Position numbers and translations under genes: made by a program. From NCBI GenBank assembly GCA_951406725.2, contig OX597814.1, forward strand, positions 125,364,001 through 125,428,000: 64,000 bases of DNA, given 5' to 3'. Each line of letters begins with the position of its first letter. Position 1 is the first letter of the stretch. Positions 37,700-50,000 of this stretch are shown here, piece after piece. The stretch comes from Octopus vulgaris (taxonomy: Eukaryota). The notes beneath the pieces are model-generated. The model was not told the origin of the DNA, made no database searches, and worked only from the letters and a program-made list of their open reading frames with translations.

Positions 37700-38400
37700 T
37701 ATTTCATAAAAATGGGTAGAAAAGGGAGGAAGTCTGCAGTATTAACTCGAAGTGATAGTGCTAAAACATTCGGAGGTCAGCTTTCCCTTTTAGATAAAAC
37801 AGAACCTCCTACCCTCCACCAAGTTATTCAATACACAGCTAGTACAGAGCACCTTGCGCATCGGCAAGTCTCGGTGCCCCGCCTGTCGGACGAGTGCTCT
37901 CTACCTGCACCGAAATTTTTATTTTATGTCCGCTCTCGTTGGAGATTGAACCTTAGACCAAAGCGTGGAAATCCAGCACCTTATCCACTCGGCCATAAGA
38001 GCTCCAATTTTATAGTGAAATAAAAACTAAATTTGTTATTTCTCTCTCAGAAGTGGGAAGCTAGCCAAGAACAGGCTGAAGAGGATCACAGATATCAACA
38101 ATGACGCTACACACTCGTCAGCATAAGTCAACCTTTCTCAAAGTGAGATGTGTAAACCTGCTCTAACAGAAGACTTTTCTGATCAGCAACTTCAAGAAGC
38201 ATTACTGAATGCTAGAGTTGTCTGATTTGCCTTCACTTTCTCAGAGGTTTGAAAGAGCAGTGTTGCTGACATCTAGGGCTTCCCATACTGTTTATGGACT
38301 CGAATCAAGGAACAAATACATTCTGGTCAGACCCCTAAGCTGCCGTATGAGGCCTTCCTTTACTTTTAAGGGCTCTTACAGTGAAACTTATGATGATTTT
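37700..38400 (+). mobile_element. hATm-like transposase remnant (N- and C-terminal pieces)
   Basis: LPSLSQRFERAVLLTSRAS..VYG..SR..IL..SCRMRPSF resembles the hATm C-terminal HSQxVERxVKLVTEAS motif; N-terminal PPTLHQVIQY after a TTTTCAG acceptor. Confidence 0.6.
37931..38002 (-). pseudogene. tRNA-like sequence (pseudo-tRNA or SINE head, TCC at anticodon position)
   Basis: Acceptor stem GCTCTT/GAGAGC, A-box TGGCCGAGTGG, B-box-like GGTTCAATCTCC; anticodon stem unpaired. Confidence 0.6.
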
Positions 38401-38709
38401 TGGTATCTAAGTTTGTCTTATCCGACTCTATACAGTTTGTACATGTCTTTACACGTTTTCAATAAAGGTGCAACATTTTTGTGGCCTTTTCAAATGGCAA
38501 TAGCATGTTTTTTTTTCGACTGAAAATGGTGAAAATGCGATGCTTTTTGGTTTACAATATTTTAAAGTTTTTGAAATAGTTTCCTCAAAACAAAAACGGT
38601 TAAAGTTAGGGAGATGGATTTTTTTTGTCAGTTATCATCACATTAAACCCTCACTATCTCGATTAGTCCAAAGTCATTAACTACAAAAGTGTGGAAAATC
38701 AACCTGCCC

Positions 38710-38890
38710 TCTTGTTTCACCCAAGGCCAGCTCTGATTTAGGCCAACAAAACCTATTCTTAAAGACAAACTATTCTTGTGGTTTAAAGACAAACCATTCT
38801 TATTACACCAAGCAATACATCATTGAATGTCCTCTGCTATTGTAAGGTACAATCTGAGATAGATTTAGTGGTTATTTCTAGTAAGCCGAT
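38710..38890 (+). repeat. Unclassified interspersed repeat family C
   Basis: TTGTTT..CCAAGGCCAGCTCTGATT...GGTTATTTCTAG. Confidence 0.5.
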
Positions 38891-38964
38891 TGATTAAGGA
38901 GAACCTTACACGACAGCTACAGGAAATACTGTTAGAATATGACAGTTGCTATTTCTCTGGCTTT

Positions 38965-39508
38965 AACATTGTTGAAATCTCTCCAGCACAATGCACGCAG
39001 AGAACAACCACAAGAAAAATAGACGACATGACATTTCTTGATCATTGGGATCGTCTCGAAAACCTCAAGCTTTATTTCCTCCAGCTCTACCGCATGCGGT
39101 ATGTCATTTGTATGATGTGGAAAGTATTCCAACGGCATTGCCCAAGTGATGTTAGTATCAGCTTCACCTAAGGCCTGGTTCACGGGTCATGCGTCACCTA
39201 CAAAAATTATGCTCGCCTCACATCACAATACTAAGATAGATCTATTTCACCCCAAATGGCATCATGCGAAGACACATAAAAAAAGAAAAAGATCTTGTTA
39301 CATTCAAAATGGGTCCCAATCAAATATCTCCAGCAAATTTCAGACAAGTCACCCACAACCAGACATATCTCTGCAAACAATAACTCTTCACTCGAATACA
39401 ATATAGTGCCAATATAATGCGACACACCATTAAATGTCTTTTCCGGATGATGCTATGAAGTTTGTCATGGCCAGAACCAATGCTGCCGAAACTTATCCCA
39501 GTATCTAA
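38965..39508 (+). mobile_element. CR1-group LINE 3' end, same family as 44396
   Basis: TRKIDDMTFLDHWDRLENLKLY..RYVICMMWKVFQRHCPSDV aligns with the C-terminus of the 44396 ORF; similar tail. Confidence 0.9.
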
Positions 39509-39557
39509 GAACAAACACATACGCACACACAAGCACACGCACGCACGCACGCACGCA

Positions 39558-39626
<69 letters not shown>

Positions 39627-39637
39627 GCACAAATATA

Positions 39638-39675
<38 letters not shown>

Positions 39676-40283
39676 TTGCACATTGAAACAGATCAGCTTC
39701 TGAAAATGGAAGCGAAACCGAATGTTTTGAGAATTGAAGGGTTTAAATTTAACCAAATGGATCTGTGCTCCACTGAATCCAGACTTAGAGGTTGCTGTAG
39801 ATAGGTTAGTCGGATATCGCATGGGAGTGGGTGGGGTTTTGCACTCCAGATCAATCTATCCTTGATAAGTTCCAACCTCAGCACTACAACATTAGCAAAA
39901 CTCTTAAACATTCTGCTGAATAGAATTGTAAGCCAGAAATTATGGATGATCCGCAAAATTAAATTTTACTATAATTATGTTATCCAGCATTTTCAGATAA
40001 CATTCGAATGAAAAGTCTTTAAAAAAAATCGTACTAGATTCTGTGATAGCACTTAAAATTATAAGTGACGAGGGTATACTACATACAGACCTTAAGTATG
40101 TCGAAATCATACTGAATTTAAATTACGTCAGCAGGTTGTATTTGTTACTATGGCGCCATTTCAATAAAGTTTATAATTTATATTTTTATATTTGATATAT
40201 CGAAATGTTGTATGAGGATATAGTTTTTAAGTGTACAAAATACTGACGGTGTTTTAATGCATACATACATACAAACATGCACA

Positions 40284-40314
<31 letters not shown>

Positions 40315-40315
40315 A

Positions 40316-40362
<47 letters not shown>

Positions 40363-40698
40363 CACACGAATTTGAAATACCATTAGATTTTAAATAATTG
40401 TGTATATAACATTCATAGTGTGTATGCAAATGTGGAATGGTATTAGTTGTAATATTCTTGAGTCGGAGAAACATCTCAAAATACTTGTACATTGAAAAGC
40501 AAGGCGTCGATAAGAATACCGGTGGATCGTCAGATACGCTGTTTCGACCTGGCTTAGTCTTGTCAGTCACAGATACTCCGGACATTTTAAGTTATACTGA
40601 AGATGTTGATTCCGATACGTGAATTTAATTTTAACCTGGATAGCTTTCGCACAAAAATCAGGCAAGATATTGTTGACAGATTTCTGAATCAGAAATAA

Positions 40699-40861
40699 CA
40701 TTTAGAGAAGAAAGTCGGTTACTCTTCGCGGAGAACGGTCTTTCTTATGGATGTTGCATAAATCACCGGAATGATCTTTTTCACTCAAGTAATTTATACG
40801 CTATTGCGAAGAAAAAAAAGATCGTTCTTGGCAAAGGGAAACCGACTCTTTTCTCTAAGTG
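40699..40861. mobile_element. Old MITE-like hairpin
   Basis: TTAGAGAAGAAAGTCGGTT..AGAACGGTCTTT / AAAGATCGTTCT..AACCGACTCTTTTCTCTAA. Confidence 0.65.
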
Positions 40862-41491
40862 CATATACATATATATCCCAGGTCCTATATTGAAAGAAAT
40901 GATGTTCCGTAAACGTGAAAATGCCTAGGAATAGTTCTTCAACTCTGCAACAAATGTTGCTGCTGATGATCTAAAAGACAATACATGTTTTACTCACGGT
41001 GATTCCCGTTGCACTATTCCCATCATTTAGCAGTCATCATTTGTGGTGAGTACGTGCTGCACTCCGTTATCCCTGTACTCTAATTTATTACCAAATATAT
41101 TTCTCTTCAAATGTATTTATCGATACATATAATACACTGCGGATTTAAAAACTGATATTTGCATGCATAAAACTTATTTTATTACTTTTTTTTTCTATTT
41201 TTTTCAGTCGGAACGCATCACAATTTATAAAAAGGAAATCAATGAGACAGATTTCTCATTACGTAATTCTTGTACAAGATTTTCAGGATTGCAGAGTACA
41301 CACAGAGACACACATACACATACACACACACACGCACACATACAGAACGTAAGAGTATGTGTATGTAGGAACAAACAAAAAGGGTAAAAATAGCACACAA
41401 TGCCAAAGAAGGAGCCACGTGTTACACTCTACCAGAAGATCGCAGTGGCTTGAAAGTCAGTCACAAGAACAAGCATCCAGTTTCATTTCAT

Positions 41492-41562
<71 letters not shown>

Positions 41563-41863
41563 CCTATCTATCTACCTACCTATATATCTATCTATCTACC
41601 TACCTACCTATCTATATATCTGTTTGTCTGTCTCTCTATCTATCTATCAATCTATCTATTTACCTATCTATTTATCTAACTATCTAGCTATCTGTATACA
41701 TAATCACAAATATATGTGCATACATACATGTACATATATATGCATATATACATATATACACATATATACATATATGTATATGTGTGTGTACGTTTGGATA
41801 TATATAAGTATGCATGTATGATGTATGCATATATATCTAGATCTAGATCTCTATTACACATGC

Positions 41864-41942
<79 letters not shown>

Positions 41943-41945
41943 TAG
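41492..41945. repeat. (TATC)n and (TA)n microsatellites
   Basis: Visible directly. Confidence 0.95.
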
Positions 41946-42725
41946 ATGTAAGTGTTTATGTGTGTGTGTTTTGTTGAACTATATGACTTTACTTAACCAT
42001 TATATGTATTAACTCTTACAAACAGCAAGTCTGATATAGTGTTACACGAGTGCACCAAATTCAAGTATTCTCTACATTCTGTATTCAGTACTCTTTTTGT
42101 CTTGTTCAGTAGAAATAGCATGCATACGCGCACGAGCATCTGTGTGTGCATATGTGTTTGTATGTGTGTGTGTATTTATATATATGCGTAGCAATACATC
42201 CATATATGTATACATCTATACAAATATACACAGTAGATTAGCAATGTTCTGAATAAAATAATTTATTCAGCATTTGTAAGTGATTACCTAATAACAATTT
42301 ACCGAACACTTGGTATAATTGATTAAATACTTCTGGCATGACATGTTAAATATATATATAAAAAAAAAAAAAAAGAAATAACAACAAATAAATAAAGAAC
42401 AAAATTCCATGCATTGAAATAAAATTTTCCCAAAGACAAATTACTTCAATCATTAGACATTATCAGAATTCTTGTGATCAATTTTGTGAAACAGACAGTT
42501 ATCTTCTAAAAATAAGTTAGAGAATTTGATTACTGCTGGTTGTATATGTATATATGGTGTGTAAGGTTTCCGTCTTCAGAGAGGAAAGCGTAACCCACGC
42601 AGACGAAATATAAAACGATAACGTTAGAAATTGAATTGCGGAGAGGATTTCATCATTTAAATTTGAATTAACTGTGTGTGTAACATCAATTATGATACAG
42701 TGTTCATATATATTATTACATGTGG

Positions 42726-42765
<40 letters not shown>

Positions 42766-42832
42766 TATACATACATACGTATATACATATATATATATAT
42801 CTACACATATGCATATATATACATACATACAC

Positions 42833-42873
<41 letters not shown>

Positions 42874-43060
42874 GTGTGTGTGTTTGTATGTAATAACACA
42901 GATGGATTGAAGTTCACTACAGTTGTTTCAGACGTGTTTTTTTATTGATGAACAAATCAATTTCATCATGCAAAAAATCGTTTACTTCGAATGAATTAAA
43001 AGTGCGACTCTAACTTGGTAATTTTGTTATTAAAATGCTTTGGTTCTATTGTACTCTTAC

Positions 43061-43101
<41 letters not shown>

Positions 43102-43182
43102 GAAGATCTAAGGAATCGAAGTGTAGGAAGAAAGTTAGCTTCAAGCAACCCTTAGTAAATATAACACACACACAGCAAATAT

Positions 43183-43582
43183 CAGGAATGGCTGTGTGGT
43201 AAGTAGCTTGCTTACAAACCACATGGTTCCGAGTTCAGTCCCACTGCGTGGCACCTTGGGCAAGTGTCTTCTACTATAGCCTCGGGCCTAACAAAACCTT
43301 GTGAGTGGATTTGGTAGATGGAAACTGAAAGAAGCCCGTCGTATATATGTATATGTATATATATGTGTATGTGTGTGTCTGTGTTTGTCCCCCCCCCCCA
43401 ACATCGCTTGACAACCGATGCTGGTGTGTTTACGTCCCCGCAACTTAGCGGTTCGGCAAAAGAGACAGATAGAATAAGTACTAGGCTTACAAAGAATAAG
43501 TCTTGGGGTCGATTTGCCCGACTAAAGGTGGTGCTCCAGCATGACCGCAGTCAAATGACTGAAACAAGTAAAAGGGTAGAAT
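43183..43582 (+). mobile_element. SINE family A
   Basis: Near full length. Confidence 0.95.
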
Positions 43583-43602
43583 AGTATATGTGTGTGTGTG
43601 TG

Positions 43603-43930
43603 TGAAGTCGCATGGCTCAGTCGTTAGAGCGTCGAGCTTACGATCGTGGGGCTGTGAGTTCGAATCCCGGACCGGGCTGCGTGTTGTGTTCTTGAGCAAG
43701 ATACCTTCTTTCACGTTGCTCCATTTCGTTCACTCAGCTGTAGAAATGAGTTGCAACGTCACAGGTGCCAAGCTGTATCGGCTTTTGCCTTTCCTTTGGA
43801 TATCACTGGTGGCGTGGAGAGGGGAGGCCGGTGTGCATTGGTGACTACTGGTCTTCCATAAACAACCTCGCCTGGACTTGTGCCAGAGAGGACAACTTTC
43901 TACGTGCAATCCCATGTCAGTCATGACCGA
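43603..43930 (+). mobile_element. tRNA-derived SINE family E (B-like core, different tail)
   Basis: TGGCTCAGTCGTTAGAGCG A-box, GAGTTCGAATCCC B-box, TGTGTTCTTGAGCAAG core. Confidence 0.9.
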
Positions 43931-44025
43931 CATATATATATATAAGAAATTACATTACAACTTACCGAGTGGGGATAATCAAAATTCCTCTTCTCTGTTA
44001 TTACTATATATGTATATATATGTAT

Positions 44026-44147
44026 ACAAAAATTCTAAAACTATGAGTGTAATTATAATTAGGGTTCAGCAAAAAATTGCATCACCACATACCCTAATTT
44101 TTGCTGAACCCTAATTATAATTATACTCATAATTATAGAATTTTTGT
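44026..44147. repeat. Hairpin (~52-bp arms) in TA-rich context
   Basis: ACAAAAATTCTA..TAATTATAATTAGGGTTCAGCAAAAA / TTTTTGCTGAACCCTAATTATAATTA..TAGAATTTTTGT. Confidence 0.9.
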
Positions 44148-44320
44148 TTAAGTTTACCGAAAATGGTTCTTTTAACATACCGAACTACTTGGCAAAATTA
44201 TTAACTATGAATTAATTAATTAATTTTACCCTTTATTATTATTGATATCTATATATATATATATATATATATACTAGCATTATGATCCGTCTTTGCCGGG
44301 TCATAGTGCTAGTGCATGTA

Positions 44321-44351
<31 letters not shown>

Positions 44352-44395
44352 TACATATTTATATATTATATATTTATATATATATATATATATAT

Positions 44396-46049
44396 AAAGG
44401 AAATAAAGGAAATGAAGCATAATTCAGCAGTAGGTCCCGATAGGTTCCCTGCTTGTGTCTTGAAGATGTGTCAAAACCAACTTGCACTCCCTCTAGCCAA
44501 TCTGTGGCGGAACTCACTGGATGCTGGATATATACCAGAGGACCTTCTATCCCAGTCTGTTGTCCCAGTTTTCAAAAAAGGAAACAAATCGCTTGCCGTG
44601 AATTACCGTCCAATCTCACTCACCTCTCATATCATCAAGGTATTTGAGAGGGTGCTGAGATCGCGTATGACTCACTTCCTTGAGAGGCATAATATGCTGA
44701 ACCCCAACCAGCATGGATTCCGTAATGGGAGAGATTGCCTGACGCAGCTACTGCATCATTTTGATGACATTTTGAGAGCCTTGGGAGAAGATTCCAACAC
44801 TGATGTCATCTACCTTGATTTCAGCAAGGCCTTTGACAGGGTTGATCATAAGATCCTTCTGAGAAAGCTGTCCAATATTGGTGTCACTGGAAAGTTGCTG
44901 CAGTGGATCAAGTGCTTCCTGTCTAACAGAACCCAACATGTTGTAGTCGAAGGAGTCAAATCCAGCCCAGCCAAAGTCAGCAGTGGTGTCCCACAAGGCA
45001 CTGTGTTGGGCCCACTTCTCTTCATCATCTACATAAATGATATTACTGATACCATCAAACACAGTAACATCAGAACCTTCGCTGATGACTCCAAGCTCCA
45101 GAAGGTCATCAATGGCGTGGATGACCGAATAAACCTTCAGTCAGACCTACTGGCTGTTGTCCAATGGGCGGAAAAGAATAACATGTTGCTAAATGAAGAC
45201 AAATTTGAACTGATCCACTTTGGAAGGGAGGACGCTCTGAAACTCCCATACTCTCTTCCTTCTGGAGAAATTCTCATGGCATCCAACAACATCAGAGACC
45301 TGGGAGTAACAGTGGACAACAACATAAGCTGGGCTACACATATAAGCAGCAAAGTTGACATGGCCCGCAGAATGTGTTCCTGGATTCTCAGAACCTTCCA
45401 GTCGAGAGATTCCCACGCTATTATCCTTCTCTTCTCCACTTTTGCCCGACCCCACCTTGAATACTGCTGTCCATTGTGGTCTCCCTACACAAAACAAAAT
45501 ATTATGAGAATTGAAGCTCCCCAGAGGTCAATCACAAAAAAGATAGATGGCATGTCAGACCTTGACTACTGGGGTAGACTAGAGAAGCTGAAATTGTATT
45601 CACTCCAACGACGCCGTGAACGCTACATTATCTGTATGATGTGGAAAATATTCCACCAGCACTGTCCGAATGATGTTGGCATCACCTTCAAAATGCATCC
45701 AAGGCTTGGACCACGTGCCATCCGTCCACAACAAAAATCTAAATCGCATCACATAACGACAATACGGCACAACTATTTCACCTCAATTGGACCTGCTCTC
45801 TTCAACATTACACCAGGGCACGTCAAAAAAGAAACTGACCACACAAAATTCAAGAAGTCTTTGGACAAATTCCTTCAAACAGTACCGGACAAACCACCCA
45901 CACCCGGATATGTCTCCGCAAACAATAACTCTCTGCTCGAATGGGCCTTGGTGCCCAAATCCTGAACTGAAAGACTTCACCAGGTGGTGCTATTAAGTTA
46001 GACATGGCCTGGGCCAATAGTGGCCAAAACCTTTCTAAGTTATTCTAAG

Positions 46050-46050
<1 letters not shown>
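44396..46050 (+). mobile_element. CR1-group LINE, 5'-truncated young copy
   Basis: Uninterrupted RT ORF, short 3' UTR and TTCTAAGT tandem tail; flanked by (TA)n. Confidence 0.96.
44397..45965 (+). CDS. Non-LTR reverse transcriptase (ORF2 C-terminal ~520 aa; true start lost by 5' truncation)
   Basis: AVGPD, NYRPISLT, QHGFR, YLDFSKAFD, GVPQGTVLGP, FADD, DLGV, RPHLEYC motifs with no stop; the upstream MYICVYIY... of the ORF track is microsatellite. Confidence 0.95.
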   Translation, partial: KEIKEMKHNSAVGPDRFPACVLKMCQNQLALPLANLWRNSLDAGYIPEDLLSQSVVPVFKKGNKSLAVNYRPISLTSHIIKVFERVLRSRMTHFLERHNMLNPNQHGFRNGRDCLTQLLHHFDDILRALGEDSNTDVIYLDFSKAFDRVDHKILLRKLSNIGVTGKLLQWIKCFLSNRTQHVVVEGVKSSPAKVSSGVPQGTVLGPLLFIIYINDITDTIKHSNIRTFADDSKLQKVINGVDDRINLQSDLLAVVQWAEKNNMLLNEDKFELIHFGREDALKLPYSLPSGEILMASNNIRDLGVTVDNNISWATHISSKVDMARRMCSWILRTFQSRDSHAIILLFSTFARPHLEYCCPLWSPYTKQNIMRIEAPQRSITKKIDGMSDLDYWGRLEKLKLYSLQRRRERYIICMMWKIFHQHCPNDVGITFKMHPRLGPRAIRPQQKSKSHHITTIRHNYFTSIGPALFNITPGHVKKETDHTKFKKSLDKFLQTVPDKPPTPGYVSANNNSLLEWALVPKS

Positions 46051-46088
<38 letters not shown>

Positions 46089-46089
<1 letters not shown>

Positions 46090-46135
46090 TAGCATTATGA
46101 TCCGTCTTTGCCGGGTCATAGTGCTAGTGCATGTA

Positions 46136-46205
<70 letters not shown>

Positions 46206-46795
46206 TGTGTACATATTACATGTACATCTATATATACATCTACACATAAAATACAAAATACAAAGTTATATCTTGATATCGCTAGTGATAACAATACTGA
46301 AAATATATAACAGACTGGAATTGTAGGACTATTCCATTTCTGCACACTAATTTTATTTTTAATTCATTCCCATTCATGTGAAACCACTTGTTCAAATTCA
46401 AATCCTTGATGCAATTTTATACCAATTGCTATTTTTACTTTTGTTATGTATCGATTATATTATACTTTAGTTTGATTTTAATTATTACTTACTACATATA
46501 ATTCAATTGTTATTATTATTTTTATTGTTAAAGTGAAAGTATCTGACATGAATTAGAGAAATGTTTTTGTTTCACTTTTAACACGTAATACTGAAATAGT
46601 GGAGAAGATATGATATTGTTATGGGCTCGCCCTAGGCAAGAAGTTGAACATGAAACTACATGGACTCTAAGTAAGGCATGTGTAACATTTGAATGAAATT
46701 GGTTGTGTAGTTCTCAAGTTTTAGGGAAACACACAGACAGACAGACGGACAGACAGACACACACAGACACATTCTCAGTTTTATATATAGAGAGA
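46089..46795 (-). mobile_element. Non-autonomous Helitron-like element (Lep1-like architecture)
   Basis: Minus strand A|TCTCTCTATATATAAA 5' end, (TCTG)n subterminal repeat, terminal hairpin and CTAG|T 3' end. Confidence 0.75.
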
Positions 46796-46799
46796 TATA

Positions 46800-46899
46800 T
46801 ATAGTTAATCCAAACATGAAAGCACAAAAAACACAACAACGCGAGGACGTGGAACAAATATAGTATTATTGGACGCTCAGGAAAGAAGGAGAGAAGGAG

Positions 46900-46901
<2 letters not shown>
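46800..46901 (-). mobile_element. pLTR-like fragment in (TA)n
   Basis: TTCCTGAGCGTCCAATAATAC on minus resembles the 24480/34672 family. Confidence 0.45.
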
Positions 46902-46995
<94 letters not shown>

Positions 46996-47179
46996 TGGTA
47001 CAACAAAGCACCAAGGTTTACTGGAAATAGCAGTCGATACACTTACGACGCTATAGTAAAGCTTCAATGTGCATATACTGGCAAAGACGTGTGAGGGCAG
47101 CAAACATAAAAAAATGTTGTCTTTCCTCTAGGAAGAACATTATAGAAATGGACCACTAGAATCGGATTATCCAGTACCT

Positions 47180-47234
<55 letters not shown>

Positions 47235-47240
<6 letters not shown>

Positions 47241-47775
47241 CATAGACGAAGAATAGTAATTGGAAAGGAAGAATTACATTTATGAACATGTTAAAAGTTT
47301 TAACATCATAGACTATACGTTTAGATATGAAAAAAGTGACTGTGAAATGCTACATATGATCCTTACACTTATATGGTGCAGAAATATAGTCATTTTCGAA
47401 AAATCTGTGTGACAAACTGGGAGCTTTTGAAATGTGGTCATCTAGTAGAAATTAAAGAATATTTTGGGTGAAACATAAAATTTAAAACCAATGAAGAAGT
47501 GCTACAACTAGCAAATACAAAACGATCATACCTCTCAGCTGTCTAAAAAAGGAAGGCAATGTGCTTTGGTCCCATAGTCAGAGCATAAGGTATACAGTAA
47601 CTATTACTACAAGGAAAGATAAATGACAAACACACGAGAAGATCTAGAACAAACTTGTCTGATAACATCAAAGACTGGACTATACTATCGTATAGGAATG
47701 GCAGAAGAAAGACTCGAATTGAGGTCCTTGATATTCAAAGTGCTGAGAGTAAGAGATAACAAATGATGATGATGA
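47235..47775 (+). mobile_element. RTE-clade LINE 3' end, degraded
   Basis: KCYI..LYGAEI, KLGAFEMW, TNEEVL, LQGKIN and DNIKDWT motifs; (GAT)n tail. Confidence 0.88.
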
Positions 47776-47784
47776 TTGCATGCG

Positions 47785-48000
47785 CTGTTGTTTAGTCTCT
47801 GGTCAGCTCTGCTTCTCTGATTGAGTAGATCTTGTGACCCAAGACATTTCAGCGACGAAACTCCTGTATTTTTCAATAAAAGAGATTATATAATCCAACT
47901 ACTACTTTTCGTAAATCGATAAGGTACGATTTAAGGAAAATCTAGTTGCTATTTCTGGCATGTCAGGTAACTACATAGAAGTTTGAGCCTCCCTCGTTGA
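47785..48000 (+). repeat. Unclassified interspersed repeat family C
   Basis: TGTTGTTTAGTC..GGTCAGCTCTG...TGCTATTTCTGGCA...CCTCCCTCG. Confidence 0.55.
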
Positions 48001-48624
48001 TTCGTTTGCTACTGTTACTGCTGCTTCTGCTGATTCTTCCGTTGCTAGTGTAAAACGAACCAGGGAACTGATTCCATTACTCTTTCATTTATTTTCCTCC
48101 ACCAATGACACAGCACTTAACCCTTTTTTACCCAGCAACCATTGCCCATTTTATTACACGTGCCACTCCGATATAGAACACACATCTTTCAGACATAGAA
48201 CACATATAGCTCTCAGACATCGAACATATTTAATGCTTAGCAATTCTCTTTCTCTCTCTCTCTTTCTCTCTCTCTTTCCCTCTCTCTTTCTCACTCTCTC
48301 TCTCTCTATCTCTCTCTTTCTCACTCTCTCTCTCTCTCTCTCACACGCACACTCACATACACATGCACAAACACTCTCCCTTTTTCTCTCCTCCGCTGTC
48401 CCTCTCCCTCTCATTTAGCTCATCTCTGCTCAATACTCTACGCAAGCTCTATCTCACACATTTCATATATCTCCATTGCCGCTTAAATATCCACTTTTCA
48501 AGCGCAATTGGTTCATTAAGGTCTTTTGAAGCTGTGTTTTATAGTTGCCCATTGCTGATGCCAACTTTATGCAGTCAGCTCTTACTATATACAGAAGTAT
48601 AATTTACATAGCGATGCTGTTATG

Positions 48625-48978
48625 TTAAACAGTCGTATGTCCAAATTTGGCCAAACGTGTTTTTTTTCCTCAATATTTAATTTTGCTTGCACTAGCTAGT
48701 TCCTTTGGTCAAACTATCGTATGTCCAGCTGTTTCAGATGAAAATTGTCAAAGTGTAGTACAATTAGCCTTTTTCAAAAATGTAGTACATCCCACATACG
48801 ACAGTTTTGCAAAAGTATTTCTGACTGGAAATATCATACATGCATGGAGTTACGATTTTATGCACCCAACAAAGTATTATTGTTAAGCTGAATCTGTTGC
48901 TAATTTAGAAAGAAATGGAAAGTGAAGCTATTTTTCGTTTTCTGAAAATTCAACGTTTTGAACTTACGACACTTTTAA
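48625..48978. mobile_element. Old MITE-like element
   Basis: Imperfect TIRs TTAAACAGTCGTATGTCCAAA / TTTGAACTTACGACACTTTTAA. Confidence 0.5.
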
Positions 48979-49447
48979 AAACCACGATACATTCAATGGA
49001 TCGGAATACAGACGAGACTCTACGTTCAGTGGCCATATCTCACTACTGCACATAATCATACTTCATATGCCAGCTGTGGTCTTCTTATAAGTAGAGACAT
49101 GGTCGTTTTTTTCGTCCATATTTTCACCTCAGCATGAGTTAAGCAAATGCATATTATTAAGACATTCTTTTTATCATCAGATGCCCTTCTTCTCGTTAAC
49201 TCTTACCTATTTCCAAGAAAGGGAACATTTTTTCCACACGTCTTCAAAAGTGCTGAGTTACCGGACGATGTGTTGGCTGAGAGATGACAAAAACAGTTAC
49301 CGTTCATGGCGGGGCTATTTTATTTTCAAAGCAGCGGAGAATGTAGGCATTTATATACACCCACCCATGCTTACATACATGCATGCATATCATGCACGCA
49401 CGCACACACACACACACATATATACATACATATATACACATATATAT

Positions 49448-49559
49448 TGGCCTGTTCGCTTAGCCAGCGGGGTGGCGTCATTTGAAGGCTAAAACAATGC
49501 GAAGCGCATTGTGACCAGCGATGTGTAGCAACATCTGATAGCCTGGTCGGTCACGTGAT
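49448..49559 (+). mobile_element. Short retroposon 3'-end fragment in (TA)n
   Basis: GC-richer ~110-bp island ending GGTCACGTGAT within microsatellite; family not assigned. Confidence 0.4.
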
Positions 49560-49824
49560 ATACATATATATATATGCACATATATATACATATATGTGTG
49601 TGTATATATACATGTATGTATGTATGTATGTACATGTATGTATGTATATATGGATATGTGTGTGTATATATTCACATATGCATATATATGTGTGTGTGCG
49701 TGCGCGCTTATGTACGTGTGTATGTGCGTGTGCATGTGTGTGCATGTGTGTGCGTGTGCGTGTGTGTGCGTGTGTGTGCGTGTGTGTACGCACGTATGTG
49801 TGTTTGTGCATGTTCTCTACTACA

Positions 49825-50000
49825 GATTAACAACTACTTTTGATTTGTTTACATCTCCGTATAGTTGCAGTCAAGCAAAAGTGACAGGTAACCAAACTTA
49901 AAAATGAGTTACGGGGTTCGTTTGTTCGACTAAATCCTTTATGGCAGTGCCCCCGCTTGGCCGCAGCTCAATGACTGAAGCAAGTAAAAGAAAAAAAGAA
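49825..50000 (+). mobile_element. SINE family A 3' part, degraded
   Basis: TTTGTTCGACTAAA..GGCAGTGCCCC..TGGCCGCAG..ATGACTGAAGCAAGTAAAAG. Confidence 0.75.

Noticed and set aside
40882-41350. Possible plus-strand exons (donor GTGAGT at 41046, strong acceptor near 41207)
   Set aside because: No open coding frame across them; a UTR or lncRNA exon cannot be supported without RNA data
43603-43680. tRNA genes at SINE heads (also 11168, 13965, 30190)
   Set aside because: They continue into SINE bodies and lack complete cloverleaves
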